Shown piece by piece: positions 45,315-55,126 of a stretch of DNA of 64,000 bases. A model generated the notes under the pieces. The model worked only from the letters and a program-made list of their open reading frames with translations. It did no database searches and was not told the origin of the DNA. The position numbers were made by a program, and so were the translations under genes. The DNA lies in assembly GCA_031520405.1 (NCBI GenBank), contig GCA_031520405.1_4842.1, one strand, 5' to 3'. Within the stretch, counting starts at the first letter, position 1. Every line of letters starts with the position of its first letter. Origin of the DNA: a phage.

Positions 45315-46108
45315 TGTGCGCTATGAATTATGTGGACAGGGGTGATAATGTCACCAAATATTTCACTGACGAAGATAATGACCGTGTTGTTGGAATATTG
45401 AGAGATTGGATTCCGGCTCGCAAAAAGGCTTTGGCCGAAGGAACACCCCTACCAAGAATCCCCAATTATGTGGCCATGAATGTTCAGATGATTATTAAGA
45501 ACATGAGTATGCGCTACAACTATCGTGATTATCCATACCGCGAAGACATGGTCAGTGAGGCCGTTGTCAACATCCTTCGTTACCTCCATACATTTGACGT
45601 CAGTCATATCGGCAAGAAAGGAAAAATCAATTTCTTCTCTTGGGTAACGATGTGCGCCGATCGTTCATTCGCCAAGAAACTCACCAGTGAAGAAGAACAC
45701 AATTATATCAAGTTGCGTTCATTTGAAGAAGCAGGTGGTTTCGCTGCATTATCAGATGACCCAGACTTCCAGCAACAGACATTCGTAGACAGCACTGGTA
45801 TAACAATGGACTTTCGTGAGCGTATCGGAAATTTTGAAACTAAGAAAGAAGCCCAGCGCGAAAAGGAACGCCAAAAGCAAATCGCCATCAAAGAAGAGGA
45901 AAAGAATAAGAAAATTCCTCGCGGTATACTTCAATGTCTCACAAAGAGTGAAAATACCATTACCGCCGACGCCGAAGATAATTCAGACTATGACTTCGGC
46001 TCTACTCAATTCAATCTGGAAGACGAAATATGTTCTATGGAACCAGATTGGGAAGAAGCAAAGAAACGAGCATTAGAACGGGAGCAACAAAATAATGGCG
46101 ATTGCTAA
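45314..46108 (+). CDS. late sigma factor gp55-like, with extended acidic C-terminus
   Basis: VAMNVQMIIKNMSMRYNYRDYPYREDMVSEAVVNILRYLHTFD parallels T4 gp55 core; adjacent to gp47 as in T4. Confidence 0.6.
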   Translation: MCAMNYVDRGDNVTKYFTDEDNDRVVGILRDWIPARKKALAEGTPLPRIPNYVAMNVQMIIKNMSMRYNYRDYPYREDMVSEAVVNILRYLHTFDVSHIGKKGKINFFSWVTMCADRSFAKKLTSEEEHNYIKLRSFEEAGGFAALSDDPDFQQQTFVDSTGITMDFRERIGNFETKKEAQREKERQKQIAIKEEEKNKKIPRGILQCLTKSENTITADAEDNSDYDFGSTQFNLEDEICSMEPDWEEAKKRALEREQQNNGDC

Positions 46109-47210
46109 AATTGGCGATTTACATATCGGGAGCCGTAATGGTTCCCGTTACGTTCGAGAATTCATAAAGAATTATCTCATCAATTATTTTATTCCAGAAT
46201 TGGTTGACGCCGATATTAAAGAAGTGTGGCAATTTGGTGATACGTTTGATGTTCGCAAATTCATGTATGGTCGCGATAAAGATTGGTTGAAAGATGAATT
46301 GACGCCAGCGCTGCGCAAAGCAGGTATTAAATGGAATGGCATCGTCGGCAACCATGATATCACGTTAGAAGAGTCCAATCGTATTAACTGGCCTTCTTAT
46401 CTTAATGAATTGGCACCGGATGTTTATCATTATTACAGCGAACCAACTGAAGTAATGATTGAAGGTGTCAAGACCCTCCTACTGCCGTGGATTAACAAAG
46501 AGAACTATGATGCGTCCATTAAAGCGATACAAGATACAGACGCCAAGTACTGTTTTGCGCATCTGGAGTTGGCAGGGTTCAAAATGTACCAGTCCTCTGT
46601 ATGTGATAAAGGTCAGATCGACTTGGCGCTCCTTTCGAAATTCGAGCGCGTGGATACCGGACATTTCCATACCCGTTCGATGGAAGGTAACATTCAGTAT
46701 ATTGGGACTCCTTATCACCTTACCTGGGAAGACCACAAAGACGGGACGAACCGAGGATTCTATGTAGACGACATGAATGGCGGGGAATTGTTTATCCCCA
46801 ACAACGAACAACAAACGTTGTTCCGGTTCGTGGAATACGACTACACCCAAATGTCTTCTGATACTGAAGGTAATTGGATCGACCCCGATTGGTTAAACAA
46901 TGTTTTGGGTATTGAAGGGCAAATCGTTAAGGTGATTGTACAGAACCGTGACAATGCCAAGCATTATGAAAAGTTCTGTGACGCATTGAAGCGCTGTAAA
47001 TGCATCGATTACAACTTCATCGATCGGACGATTACTGTTGCTTCCGAGAAGGTAGAAGTCACTGAAGAGATGGTGGCTACTGATGCGGTGGAAGTCTTGA
47101 AGAAAGATATCCGCGCCGCCAATAATATCCAGCGCCCTGAAAATGTTTGCAAATTAGCAGAACAATTCTATAATGCTGCCCAACAACGCCTGAACACATT
47201 GGATGCATAA
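46095..47210 (+). CDS. recombination endonuclease subunit gp47-like (Mre11/SbcD family)
   Basis: N-terminal GDLHIG metallophosphatase motif, GNHD, GHFH. Confidence 0.8.
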   Translation: MAIAKIGDLHIGSRNGSRYVREFIKNYLINYFIPELVDADIKEVWQFGDTFDVRKFMYGRDKDWLKDELTPALRKAGIKWNGIVGNHDITLEESNRINWPSYLNELAPDVYHYYSEPTEVMIEGVKTLLLPWINKENYDASIKAIQDTDAKYCFAHLELAGFKMYQSSVCDKGQIDLALLSKFERVDTGHFHTRSMEGNIQYIGTPYHLTWEDHKDGTNRGFYVDDMNGGELFIPNNEQQTLFRFVEYDYTQMSSDTEGNWIDPDWLNNVLGIEGQIVKVIVQNRDNAKHYEKFCDALKRCKCIDYNFIDRTITVASEKVEVTEEMVATDAVEVLKKDIRAANNIQRPENVCKLAEQFYNAAQQRLNTLDA

Positions 47211-47212
47211 TA

Positions 47213-49546
47213 ATGAACAATGTAGACCTATTATCAAAATTTGGTTCGCTGTTGAAAGAAGCGGACACTCCTGTTTCTGTTGAAGCACCATTTGAAATCC
47301 GTGGGGAAATTACCCACAAACTGACATTCCATCGCGGTCGCGCTAAAAACTTCCGTTCCATCGGTAATGAATTCATGGAAATTGATTACCAACGCAATTC
47401 GGCAACCTTGGTTACATCCGATGACAATGGCGCTGGTAAATCCACCATGCTTGTCTGGCTGCTGTTCTTCGTTCTGTATAATGACACATATAGCAAGAAA
47501 GAAAAGAAAGCCGGATTAGTCAATTCCCAAAACAAAAAGGAATGCGTGGGTGAAGTTGAGTTCTCCACTCGAGGAAGTGAATGGAAAGTCCGTCGTGGTA
47601 TCAAACCTGATTTCGTAGAAGTCTATCAGATGGTAGACGGTGAGTGGAAGCAGGTCGTGAATGATGCGGCCAAAGCTGACATGAACAAATATATTGTGAA
47701 CCTGATTGGCGTAGACCAGAAGATGTTTGAGAACTCCCTGGTTCTAGGCAAAGAGAAGTTCATCCCATTCACGGAAATGTACACTGCCGACCGTCGCGCT
47801 ATGGTAGAGACAATCTGGGATTTGGGGTTCTTCAGTCTGATGAATGAAGATGTAAAAGCATCTATCAAGACAGTAACGAATGAACTCACGACGGTCACCA
47901 ATGATTACGCCTTTCATGATGTAAATTTAAAAGGCCAGCAAGCGCAGTTGGAACAGATCAATAATTCCAATGCGATGATCCAGCAACAATCTGCGGATAT
48001 CCTTGTCCAAGAGAAGGAACGTCTGAATAGCCTGAATTCAGATATCAACGCAGTGCAGGAACAACTGACAGAGTCCCGTGCTCAAGACTCTAAATTGGAA
48101 TCAGAATTATCAGAAGTCCGTAATCGCCTGAACGCTGAAATGAAGGTGGATATCGATTCCATCAATGACGAGTATTTTGCCAAAATTCAAGCGGTTCAGG
48201 ATGAGGCTGATACCAAGGCTGAAGACTATGAGCGTATCGAGGTGTCTGATGGCGAACGTTCATTACAAGAAATTCGGGAGAGAATGGCGGTAGTCGCGGA
48301 ACGTAAAAATGATCTGGTTAGCCAACGGAATGCTAACCTGGATGAACTGAACAAAGCATTAGCGCGGCGTCAGCAGGGTGAGAACTTCCGTATCAAATTC
48401 GTAACAGAAATGGAAGGACATGAATCTGCCATCAAACGTTTCCACGATATGGGCACTTGCCCTACGTGTACGCAATTAGTGTCGGACGATACCAAATCAC
48501 GCATTGAAAGTCAATATTATCCACAAATCAGTGAACTGACTGACAAGATTCTTCAGGTTGATACAGCCCTAGAAGAAGTGAATTCCCTGATTGAGAATTA
48601 CAATGTCAGAGATTCAGAATTATCTTCTCAGATTTCGGTTATTGACAAAGAACTGGATGCTTTGCGCAATGAAATCCGAGAAGCGGAATCGGCGATCGCT
48701 GCATTAAAACGCGACATCCAAGGATTCTATGATGTCGCTGCTGTTGAGAAAACATCTTTACAGCGGGAACAACAGTCCAAAATTAACGACGTCCTCAAGG
48801 CCGTAGACACCCGTTACGAAGATATCACGACGTCAATCCGTCAAGCGCGTGAGCAGCTCTCTAAGAGCATCAACGACACGGCTGATAAACTCACCAGCCT
48901 GAAATCACGCCGTGCCCCTCTGGAGGCATCCATTGCCGATTTAGAGCGTAAATTGGCGGTTAAGCCGACACCAACTGACGCCCTGGAAGAAGAGATCGCT
49001 CGCATCACGGCATTAATGGAAGATCTGAATGCGCGGCGCGTAGAATTGGATGAGAAATTGCAAGACCTGAACCATCTTCTGTTCTTCCTAAAAGATGATC
49101 AGACCAAGGCTCGAATTATCAGCCTGTATTTGCCTTTCCTCAATAGTAAAATAAACGAGTATCTTGAAGCACTCAATATGTTCTTGGATATTGCAGTTGA
49201 TGATACATTTGAAATCACCATGAGCGCTGCAGGTCGTAAAGGGCAAAGCATATTCTCGTTATCTACTGGTCAGCGTAGTCGCCTGAACCTGGCTGTGACA
49301 TTAGCTTTACGAGATGTTGCAAACCTCAAGGCGTCGGTGCAATGTAACCTGTTTGTGTTAGATGAAATCCTTGAGAACATGAGCGAGCGCGGCGTACAAG
49401 AATCGGTTGAGATGCTGAAGCATAAATTTGGCGGGAACAATCTGTTCGTTATCAGTCAACGCGAGCAGGAATTCCAAGAGTATTTCCAACACAACATCCG
49501 TTATGGTCTACGTAATGGCATGACTGAAGTGATTAAGAAGGATTGA
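47213..49546 (+). CDS. recombination endonuclease subunit gp46-like (Rad50/SbcC family ATPase)
   Basis: Walker A GAGKST, long coiled coil, CPTC zinc hook, C-terminal LSTGQRS signature and D-loop FVLDE. Confidence 0.8.
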   Translation: MNNVDLLSKFGSLLKEADTPVSVEAPFEIRGEITHKLTFHRGRAKNFRSIGNEFMEIDYQRNSATLVTSDDNGAGKSTMLVWLLFFVLYNDTYSKKEKKAGLVNSQNKKECVGEVEFSTRGSEWKVRRGIKPDFVEVYQMVDGEWKQVVNDAAKADMNKYIVNLIGVDQKMFENSLVLGKEKFIPFTEMYTADRRAMVETIWDLGFFSLMNEDVKASIKTVTNELTTVTNDYAFHDVNLKGQQAQLEQINNSNAMIQQQSADILVQEKERLNSLNSDINAVQEQLTESRAQDSKLESELSEVRNRLNAEMKVDIDSINDEYFAKIQAVQDEADTKAEDYERIEVSDGERSLQEIRERMAVVAERKNDLVSQRNANLDELNKALARRQQGENFRIKFVTEMEGHESAIKRFHDMGTCPTCTQLVSDDTKSRIESQYYPQISELTDKILQVDTALEEVNSLIENYNVRDSELSSQISVIDKELDALRNEIREAESAIAALKRDIQGFYDVAAVEKTSLQREQQSKINDVLKAVDTRYEDITTSIRQAREQLSKSINDTADKLTSLKSRRAPLEASIADLERKLAVKPTPTDALEEEIARITALMEDLNARRVELDEKLQDLNHLLFFLKDDQTKARIISLYLPFLNSKINEYLEALNMFLDIAVDDTFEITMSAAGRKGQSIFSLSTGQRSRLNLAVTLALRDVANLKASVQCNLFVLDEILENMSERGVQESVEMLKHKFGGNNLFVISQREQEFQEYFQHNIRYGLRNGMTEVIKKD

Positions 49547-49548
49547 TC

Positions 49549-49722
49549 ATGAACTGGGATCATCTGTGGTTGGCCATCAGTGTCTTTGTGTTCTTTGATG
49601 CGTTGTTGGGAACATACGAGATGAGCAGGGAGTCCAGAGTCGGGGTGATGGTTTGTTGCTCCCTTATCGGTGTGGTATCCCTTTACTTCGCGATTGGGTT
49701 TGCTGTAGAGATCTTCAAATGA
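49549..49722 (+). CDS. small hydrophobic protein (57 aa)
   Basis: not in ORF track; ATG 2 nt after gp46 stop; two hydrophobic segments. Confidence 0.35.
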   Translation: MNWDHLWLAISVFVFFDALLGTYEMSRESRVGVMVCCSLIGVVSLYFAIGFAVEIFK

Positions 49723-50048
49723 AAGTCGTCCACTTCAAGAAGGAGCCATACGACGTCTACATTGGGCGGCCTGGCAAATGGGGTAATGACTTCGAAGTCA
49801 AAGACCATGGGCGCGGCGTTTGTATCGAGTTGTTTGAAGACGACTTGTATGTGCGCCTGATTGAAGGGGCAATCACCGAGGATGAACTCCTTGAACTGGA
49901 CGGGAAGATTCTAGGGTGCTGGTGTAAACCACGCCCCTGCCACGGGGATGTTTACGTCAAAGTGATCGGTCGTATTAAACTATTCCGTAAGTTGGGTAAA
50001 TCTTTTACTGAATATTTGAGACAAACATATGTCAGAAGAGAAAGATGA
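49719..50048 (+). CDS. DUF4326-like protein
   Basis: GKWGNDF...CWCKPRPCHGDV motif pattern; ATGA overlap with upstream small ORF. Confidence 0.4.
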   Translation: MKVVHFKKEPYDVYIGRPGKWGNDFEVKDHGRGVCIELFEDDLYVRLIEGAITEDELLELDGKILGCWCKPRPCHGDVYVKVIGRIKLFRKLGKSFTEYLRQTYVRRER

Positions 50049-50313
50049 AATACAGATTGCTTGTGATATCGCTGTGGAATTATGGAATCAGCGAAATAAA
50101 CATCATCAGGTAGCATTGACACCAAAACGTTACCTAGAGCAAGGTGGGTTGATCGTTGTTGACGCCGTCTTGGGTTTCAACAAGTACACAGATATGCAAA
50201 TCCTCCAAGGGGATTTCATAGTGGCATCAAAATCAGCATGGGACGATCCTATGGAGTTTGTCTACGGCTGGTTAGAGTGCATTGAGGAATCATACCATCT
50301 GATCTACGAATAA
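50029..50313 (+). CDS. hypothetical protein
   Basis: ORF overlapping upstream gene end. Confidence 0.4.
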   Translation: MSEEKDEIQIACDIAVELWNQRNKHHQVALTPKRYLEQGGLIVVDAVLGFNKYTDMQILQGDFIVASKSAWDDPMEFVYGWLECIEESYHLIYE

Positions 50314-50317
50314 GGTG

Positions 50318-50351
50318 AAGGGCACTAAATATCACGTGCCCTTTATCTTTT
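50318..50351 (+). terminator. hairpin terminator-like element
   Basis: AGGGCAC...GTGCCCT stem with large loop, then T-rich run. Confidence 0.4.
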
Positions 50352-50409
50352 AACCCTGTCAGGAGGCTCCAGCGAGCTGCAAGTCGACAAATACATAAGG
50401 AACGCCATC

Positions 50410-51027
50410 ATGACGATGACAACGTTGAAGGCCATGGCCTTGTCTGTGACCTTTACCATTGCCAGCGGGAGTGTGCACGCTTCCCAAAGTACCACCCAAT
50501 GTGATTACGAATTTTCTGATCAGCAACTTTCAACTATGGCCACTGCCTATCACATAGGCAAACAGCAAGACCTTGGTTTCACCCTCGCCGCGATATCATG
50601 GAGGGAAAGCCGCGCCGGAGAAGATGTTGTATCCATGCGGAATAACCTGAAATCGGCTAACATGGGGGCATTTCAAAATCGCGTCCAAACCGTCGGGAAA
50701 CGGGAGGGATGCAAAACACAGAAGTGTTACGCCAACGTGGCGATTAAATTGCTGGTCAATCAAGAGTACGCAGCCAATGCAGCCCTTGATGAAATGAATT
50801 TCTGGCTAGAATATCATAACCAAAACATCCGCAAATCGCTCTCCTCTTACAATGCCGGTTTCAGTCGTAACCAAAAATCCAATTCATACGCTGCTGATGT
50901 CGTGAAGAAGGCTAAATATCTTCAACGATGTGTGTCTTTCAAAGGCATGGCAATAAACCCAAAGGTCGACCCAGGAGTGATCGCCATGAATAAGCGCACG
51001 ATTGAGAAACTCAAGAGGACCAGATAA
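50410..51027 (+). CDS. secreted lytic transglycosylase (SLT)-like protein
   Basis: signal peptide ...SGSVHA|SQ; AISWRESRAG...ANMGAFQ resembles SLT catalytic-Glu motif; AAGGA RBS. Confidence 0.45.
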   Translation: MTMTTLKAMALSVTFTIASGSVHASQSTTQCDYEFSDQQLSTMATAYHIGKQQDLGFTLAAISWRESRAGEDVVSMRNNLKSANMGAFQNRVQTVGKREGCKTQKCYANVAIKLLVNQEYAANAALDEMNFWLEYHNQNIRKSLSSYNAGFSRNQKSNSYAADVVKKAKYLQRCVSFKGMAINPKVDPGVIAMNKRTIEKLKRTR

Positions 51028-51665
51028 TGAATATCACTCCATCTCAGACCGGATACGAACATTTAATGGTGTTTATTGCGATTCAGGGGGCAAAAGAAGG
51101 CATCATCAGTTCTGAATATTCTGGAACGATGCGCCTGGCTGATTATGTTGCTTCCGAAGCGTTTATCAAGAAATGTATCGACGCATGGTGCCTTTATGCT
51201 ATCGGCACGTATCCTACTCCTCCGGCAGGTGAGCTACTGTTTACCGTTCCGACCCCAGCCGCTGGCGACACAGACGCGATCTTTGCTGATATGTTGGCCA
51301 AAGGTTATCTGGCATATGATAGTGCTCACAATGTCTATGACTTCTCGGCGTTGAATCGTATCTTCGGATACACCATAACATCCGAAGCCAATATTCCAGA
51401 CTATGGAATTCTGGCATGGGGTATTGACGGTCTCGGCGCAACATATGCGTCTTCTGATGTTGGTCCTGTATTGATTGACCCAGGTGTGACAATGGAGCAA
51501 TACATGTCACAATTCCCTCAGCATAATGTTACCGGAAGCGACATCATTATTGTCTATCCTGGTTCTAATGCGTTGTCTCGCCTGGTGGACGGCTGGAAGC
51601 CTCAGCTGAAGGACATCGTTGCTGGAATCAGATTTCACATCCATGTCGTCAATCCCACACCTTAA
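51027..51665 (+). CDS. hypothetical protein
   Basis: TAATG-coupled ORF downstream of SLT-like gene. Confidence 0.5.
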   Translation: MNITPSQTGYEHLMVFIAIQGAKEGIISSEYSGTMRLADYVASEAFIKKCIDAWCLYAIGTYPTPPAGELLFTVPTPAAGDTDAIFADMLAKGYLAYDSAHNVYDFSALNRIFGYTITSEANIPDYGILAWGIDGLGATYASSDVGPVLIDPGVTMEQYMSQFPQHNVTGSDIIIVYPGSNALSRLVDGWKPQLKDIVAGIRFHIHVVNPTP

Positions 51666-51678
51666 ATTATTCAATAAA

Positions 51679-51721
51679 AGGGGCGTTTGCCCCTTTACTT
51701 CTTCAATAATCCACGTATAAT
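51679..51721 (+). promoter_or_regulatory. early-promoter cassette: hairpin, -35 CTTTAC, 17-nt spacer, -10 TATAAT
   Basis: AGGGGC-GTTT-GCCCCT hairpin overlapping CTTTAC(51693-51698)-N17-TATAAT(51716-51721). Confidence 0.45.
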
Positions 51722-51769
51722 TCTAAACATAAGCAGTACGACACCAACTTGAAACGAAGGAACTATATT

Positions 51770-52129
51770 ATGGCTATCACCACAAAAACTGAATTGAACG
51801 CGATCCTGAAAGAAGCTGGCTTCGGTAGTATCAAACGCCAGGGCAAGGTTTTACGCGATGGCGGTAAAATTGTAAAGGGCATCATGTTGGGAAGTACTGG
51901 CCCGTTGAGCATCAGCTCCCCTCAGTATGACAATCTTCGTAAACTGGCGCGTGAACTTCTCCAAGAAGACCTCCATATCACGACGCAAGAAACCAATTAT
52001 GTGGTTTTGGAATGCAACAAATTCATCGTCAGCCTTTACATCTGCAGCACCCGCTCATATCCGGTGTCTGAAGGTTATGACCCAATGTATCTGACCCATT
52101 ATGCTCAGGTTACTGTCAAAGCAAAATAA
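51770..52129 (+). CDS. hypothetical protein (N-terminus MAITTKT; recurring early gene module)
   Basis: leader GAAACGAAGGAACTATATTATG; N-terminus resembles 15667 and 57644 genes. Confidence 0.5.
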   Translation: MAITTKTELNAILKEAGFGSIKRQGKVLRDGGKIVKGIMLGSTGPLSISSPQYDNLRKLARELLQEDLHITTQETNYVVLECNKFIVSLYICSTRSYPVSEGYDPMYLTHYAQVTVKAK

Positions 52130-52140
52130 TCAAATTCAAC

Positions 52141-52166
52141 GGGGAGCTTCGGCTCCCTTTTGGTTT
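52141..52166 (+). terminator. rho-independent terminator
   Basis: GGGAGC-TTCG-GCTCCC hairpin then T-run. Confidence 0.55.
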
Positions 52167-52213
52167 CGCTAATTAAGGGAAACCGCACCGATTTTATAAT
52201 CAGGAGAATTACA

Positions 52214-54196
52214 ATGGCCATCCCATCTTTCTTGAACTTTCTTGAAGAGTCTAAACAATTAGACGAAGCGTTTAACTCATCCCCATATGAATTGACATTC
52301 GGCAAGAAGAACGCTGGCGACATTTTCTTCACATTTGTTGATGAAGACGAAAAAGAATTCCGTATTCAATTCTATACCCCACAAGGTCTAGGCAAGAATG
52401 TTCGCCAAGTCTTTATCGGTCAGAAGCGTGGTTCCACATATCCCGATGCCATCGGTCGCTTTAAGAATCCGATGCGTGTTATCGCATCCATGATTGAAGC
52501 AACAAAGCAATTCATGGCGACGCCTTTGGGGAAAACCATTGACGGCTTTGCAATTAACTTCTCCAAGAAAGCATTGGAGCGTGGTGTTACCCTCCTGCCG
52601 AAGATTATCCGTCAGTCTGGACTGAAGCAAAAGCTCAATGTCATGGACCTGACGTATACCCCTATCCCTGATCGTGCATTCGTATGGGTTGTGCGTAAAG
52701 GCAAGGATCCTGCTCAGGTATTCGATGGCCCGAAAATGAAAGGTGTCACATGGGATGATCCAGACAAGGTCGGCGACGTTCCGGTTCAGAACAGCGTTGA
52801 TGGCGTTGTGGGTGGAACTGGCCAAACCATTGTTGTTGGTGTTGATTTCCGTTCTGAAATGGAAGACTTGGATATTTCGGTTTCTGGAAATGATATCGCA
52901 GTGATGGATGGGCGTAAACTCGTAGTGTCTTTCACTGATCCCGAGACAGCTAGAATCATTTCTGGGATGAAAACCCCTTCTGCTGCAATTACCAATTTCA
53001 TGCAAAAAACGAATCCAGGAAGATACACTGGAAACATCAAAGTTAACAGCACGAGTACCCGCAGTGGCAAGAAATATGAATTTATTGCTTCCGACTCATC
53101 TGGGAAACAATTGTTCAATCTAAACGTAGAAGATTCCAGAAAAACAAACTTGGGAACCGGGGATGGTTCTTCATCTTCTGTTGATGATTCCAACGGATGG
53201 AAATTAACTTCAAACGGGGATCAGCCCATGTTGATCTGGGCTGGCAAGGAGAGAGGCCGCATGAACACGGCAAATATCGCTCCCCACTATAATGAACCGG
53301 GCGTGTATGTTGGTGCTTACATGAATGAGAAATCTGTGCGTGGGCAAAGTGCTGATTTCATTGCTCGTCAGTTGAAATTACCGCAAGTCCCTATCAGTAT
53401 CCTGAATGATTTCACCACGGCGTCCACAAAATTTTGGAAAGGTTCTCAGCAGAAGTCCGCGCCAGCTGACTCCAACACCCTCAGTTCTAACGACCTAAAA
53501 ATCCCGCGCAACGCCGACGTGTTTGGTGAAACTAGTAGTGGTTTCTCCGTTCGGTGGGCTGTCAATTTCCCCGAAACGGGAAAATATGCCGGTACTTCTA
53601 TGATAACCAACGTAACCTATTATCATGACAAAGGCAAAGTTGCATTCACCCCAATTGTCTCCCAGAAAGGGCGTACCCTGAACAATCCGAAGACCTATGA
53701 ACTCCCTTTGAACAAAGATTTGGTCCAGAGTGTGATTGATGAGATTTCATCAAAAATGGAATATCTTTCCAGAAACCTCCAACAGTTGAAAAGTCAGACA
53801 TACAACCCAAACCAGGTTTTCTTGAATGATATAACCATCACGGATAAAGGTGAAGTGATTTGGAACGATTACTACTTGTCTGACGGCAAAGTTACACAAA
53901 TTATGCTGTCCATGATAAGCGCAGAAAATAAACGCTTGGAGAAAGTGACAAACAAGCCGGATATCACATTACCAAAGAAACAAGCCGAAGTAGTAGAATT
54001 TATAAACCGGATGATTGATATTGATCTCGGACCTTATTTGAGAGAACCCAAAAAACGTGATGTGGTATTATTTGACTCTTCTGAATTGTCGATAAACCAA
54101 CTCAACAACATAGAACGCCTGGGAAGAGAAACAGGAAAATGGTCTCTTCAGCCAAACGGTGGTATGGGCCATGCACTATTTCTGAATGTTTGGTGA
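52214..54196 (+). CDS. hypothetical protein (660 aa)
   Basis: ATG 52214 with AGGAG RBS; bracketed by terminators. Confidence 0.55.
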   Translation: MAIPSFLNFLEESKQLDEAFNSSPYELTFGKKNAGDIFFTFVDEDEKEFRIQFYTPQGLGKNVRQVFIGQKRGSTYPDAIGRFKNPMRVIASMIEATKQFMATPLGKTIDGFAINFSKKALERGVTLLPKIIRQSGLKQKLNVMDLTYTPIPDRAFVWVVRKGKDPAQVFDGPKMKGVTWDDPDKVGDVPVQNSVDGVVGGTGQTIVVGVDFRSEMEDLDISVSGNDIAVMDGRKLVVSFTDPETARIISGMKTPSAAITNFMQKTNPGRYTGNIKVNSTSTRSGKKYEFIASDSSGKQLFNLNVEDSRKTNLGTGDGSSSSVDDSNGWKLTSNGDQPMLIWAGKERGRMNTANIAPHYNEPGVYVGAYMNEKSVRGQSADFIARQLKLPQVPISILNDFTTASTKFWKGSQQKSAPADSNTLSSNDLKIPRNADVFGETSSGFSVRWAVNFPETGKYAGTSMITNVTYYHDKGKVAFTPIVSQKGRTLNNPKTYELPLNKDLVQSVIDEISSKMEYLSRNLQQLKSQTYNPNQVFLNDITITDKGEVIWNDYYLSDGKVTQIMLSMISAENKRLEKVTNKPDITLPKKQAEVVEFINRMIDIDLGPYLREPKKRDVVLFDSSELSINQLNNIERLGRETGKWSLQPNGGMGHALFLNVW

Positions 54197-54268
54197 AACT
54201 AGCTGGGCTTGAACAGAACAAAGCCCCTTCGGGGGCTAATTACATCTAAATCCCCGAGGAGAGATCCA

Positions 54269-54838
54269 ATGAAACCTTTTATCGAATATTTTAAAGAGCA
54301 AGCTGCACAGCCTCAGACCCATGCTGGTGTCCAGGGTAAGACCGTATCCATCACCAAGCAAGCTGACGGAACTCAATGGTGTACTGGTACCACCGTGACC
54401 CAGATCACTCCAGATAATCAGGCCGACATCTATAATCTGGAATTGACTAATGGCAACACCACCAAAGTAAAACTCACACCAGACCAGGTTCATGCAGTTT
54501 CTGTCGGTAAAGATGTGGTTGCCGTTCATGACGGTTTTGAGTTCTTCTTTGGGAAAGATGCCAGCAAAGGTCAGGTCACAGAATCCTATGCCCAAGAATT
54601 GGCGAACATGGATAAGATGATCGGTAAAGCGCTGGGCGTTGGCAAATCTCGTAAAAGCGGTCGTACAGAGTTTGAATATTCCGGTATTCCTGGTATTGGA
54701 AAACCTGTCGCAATCGACTTCGGCGGAGAAGACGATCCATATGTAATTGTCACAGTCGCTGGCAAACAGCATGACATCAGTAAGGGGAAAACCCTAGCTG
54801 CGGACATTGCCAAATATATCGGCGTTAAACCTGTCTAA
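54269..54838 (+). CDS. hypothetical protein
   Basis: ATG with GAGGAG RBS. Confidence 0.5.
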   Translation: MKPFIEYFKEQAAQPQTHAGVQGKTVSITKQADGTQWCTGTTVTQITPDNQADIYNLELTNGNTTKVKLTPDQVHAVSVGKDVVAVHDGFEFFFGKDASKGQVTESYAQELANMDKMIGKALGVGKSRKSGRTEFEYSGIPGIGKPVAIDFGGEDDPYVIVTVAGKQHDISKGKTLAADIAKYIGVKPV

Positions 54839-54847
54839 GGAGGTTGT

Positions 54848-55090
54848 ATGAAAGGATTCCAGGACTTCCTCTTGAAGGAAGCAAAGGTTGACCATCGCCG
54901 TCTTGGACAGCAGGGCATGTATGACATCACCGATGTTGGCCGCCCAACCAAAGGCGAACTGATCGATTACTACAATCGCAACGGTGATAAGCGGCAGGGG
55001 AAAGTGAAGTCCGTGAACGCGCAAGACATCATGACCCTGACAGACACCGACACGGGTGAAACCGTCAAGATGACTCTGGTCAAGCCGTGA
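54848..55090 (+). CDS. hypothetical protein
   Basis: ATG with AAGGAGG RBS. Confidence 0.45.
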   Translation: MKGFQDFLLKEAKVDHRRLGQQGMYDITDVGRPTKGELIDYYNRNGDKRQGKVKSVNAQDIMTLTDTDTGETVKMTLVKP

Positions 55091-55095
55091 TTACA

Positions 55096-55126
55096 ATCCC
55101 CCTAAATACAGGGGGATTTTCTTTTT
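55096..55126 (+). terminator. rho-independent terminator
   Basis: ATCCCCC-TAAATAC-AGGGGGAT hairpin followed by T-run. Confidence 0.65.

Noticed and set aside
52388-53005. 205-aa reverse ORF within the 52214..54196 gene
   Set aside because: Antisense to a long ORF bounded by RBS and terminators; no independent support
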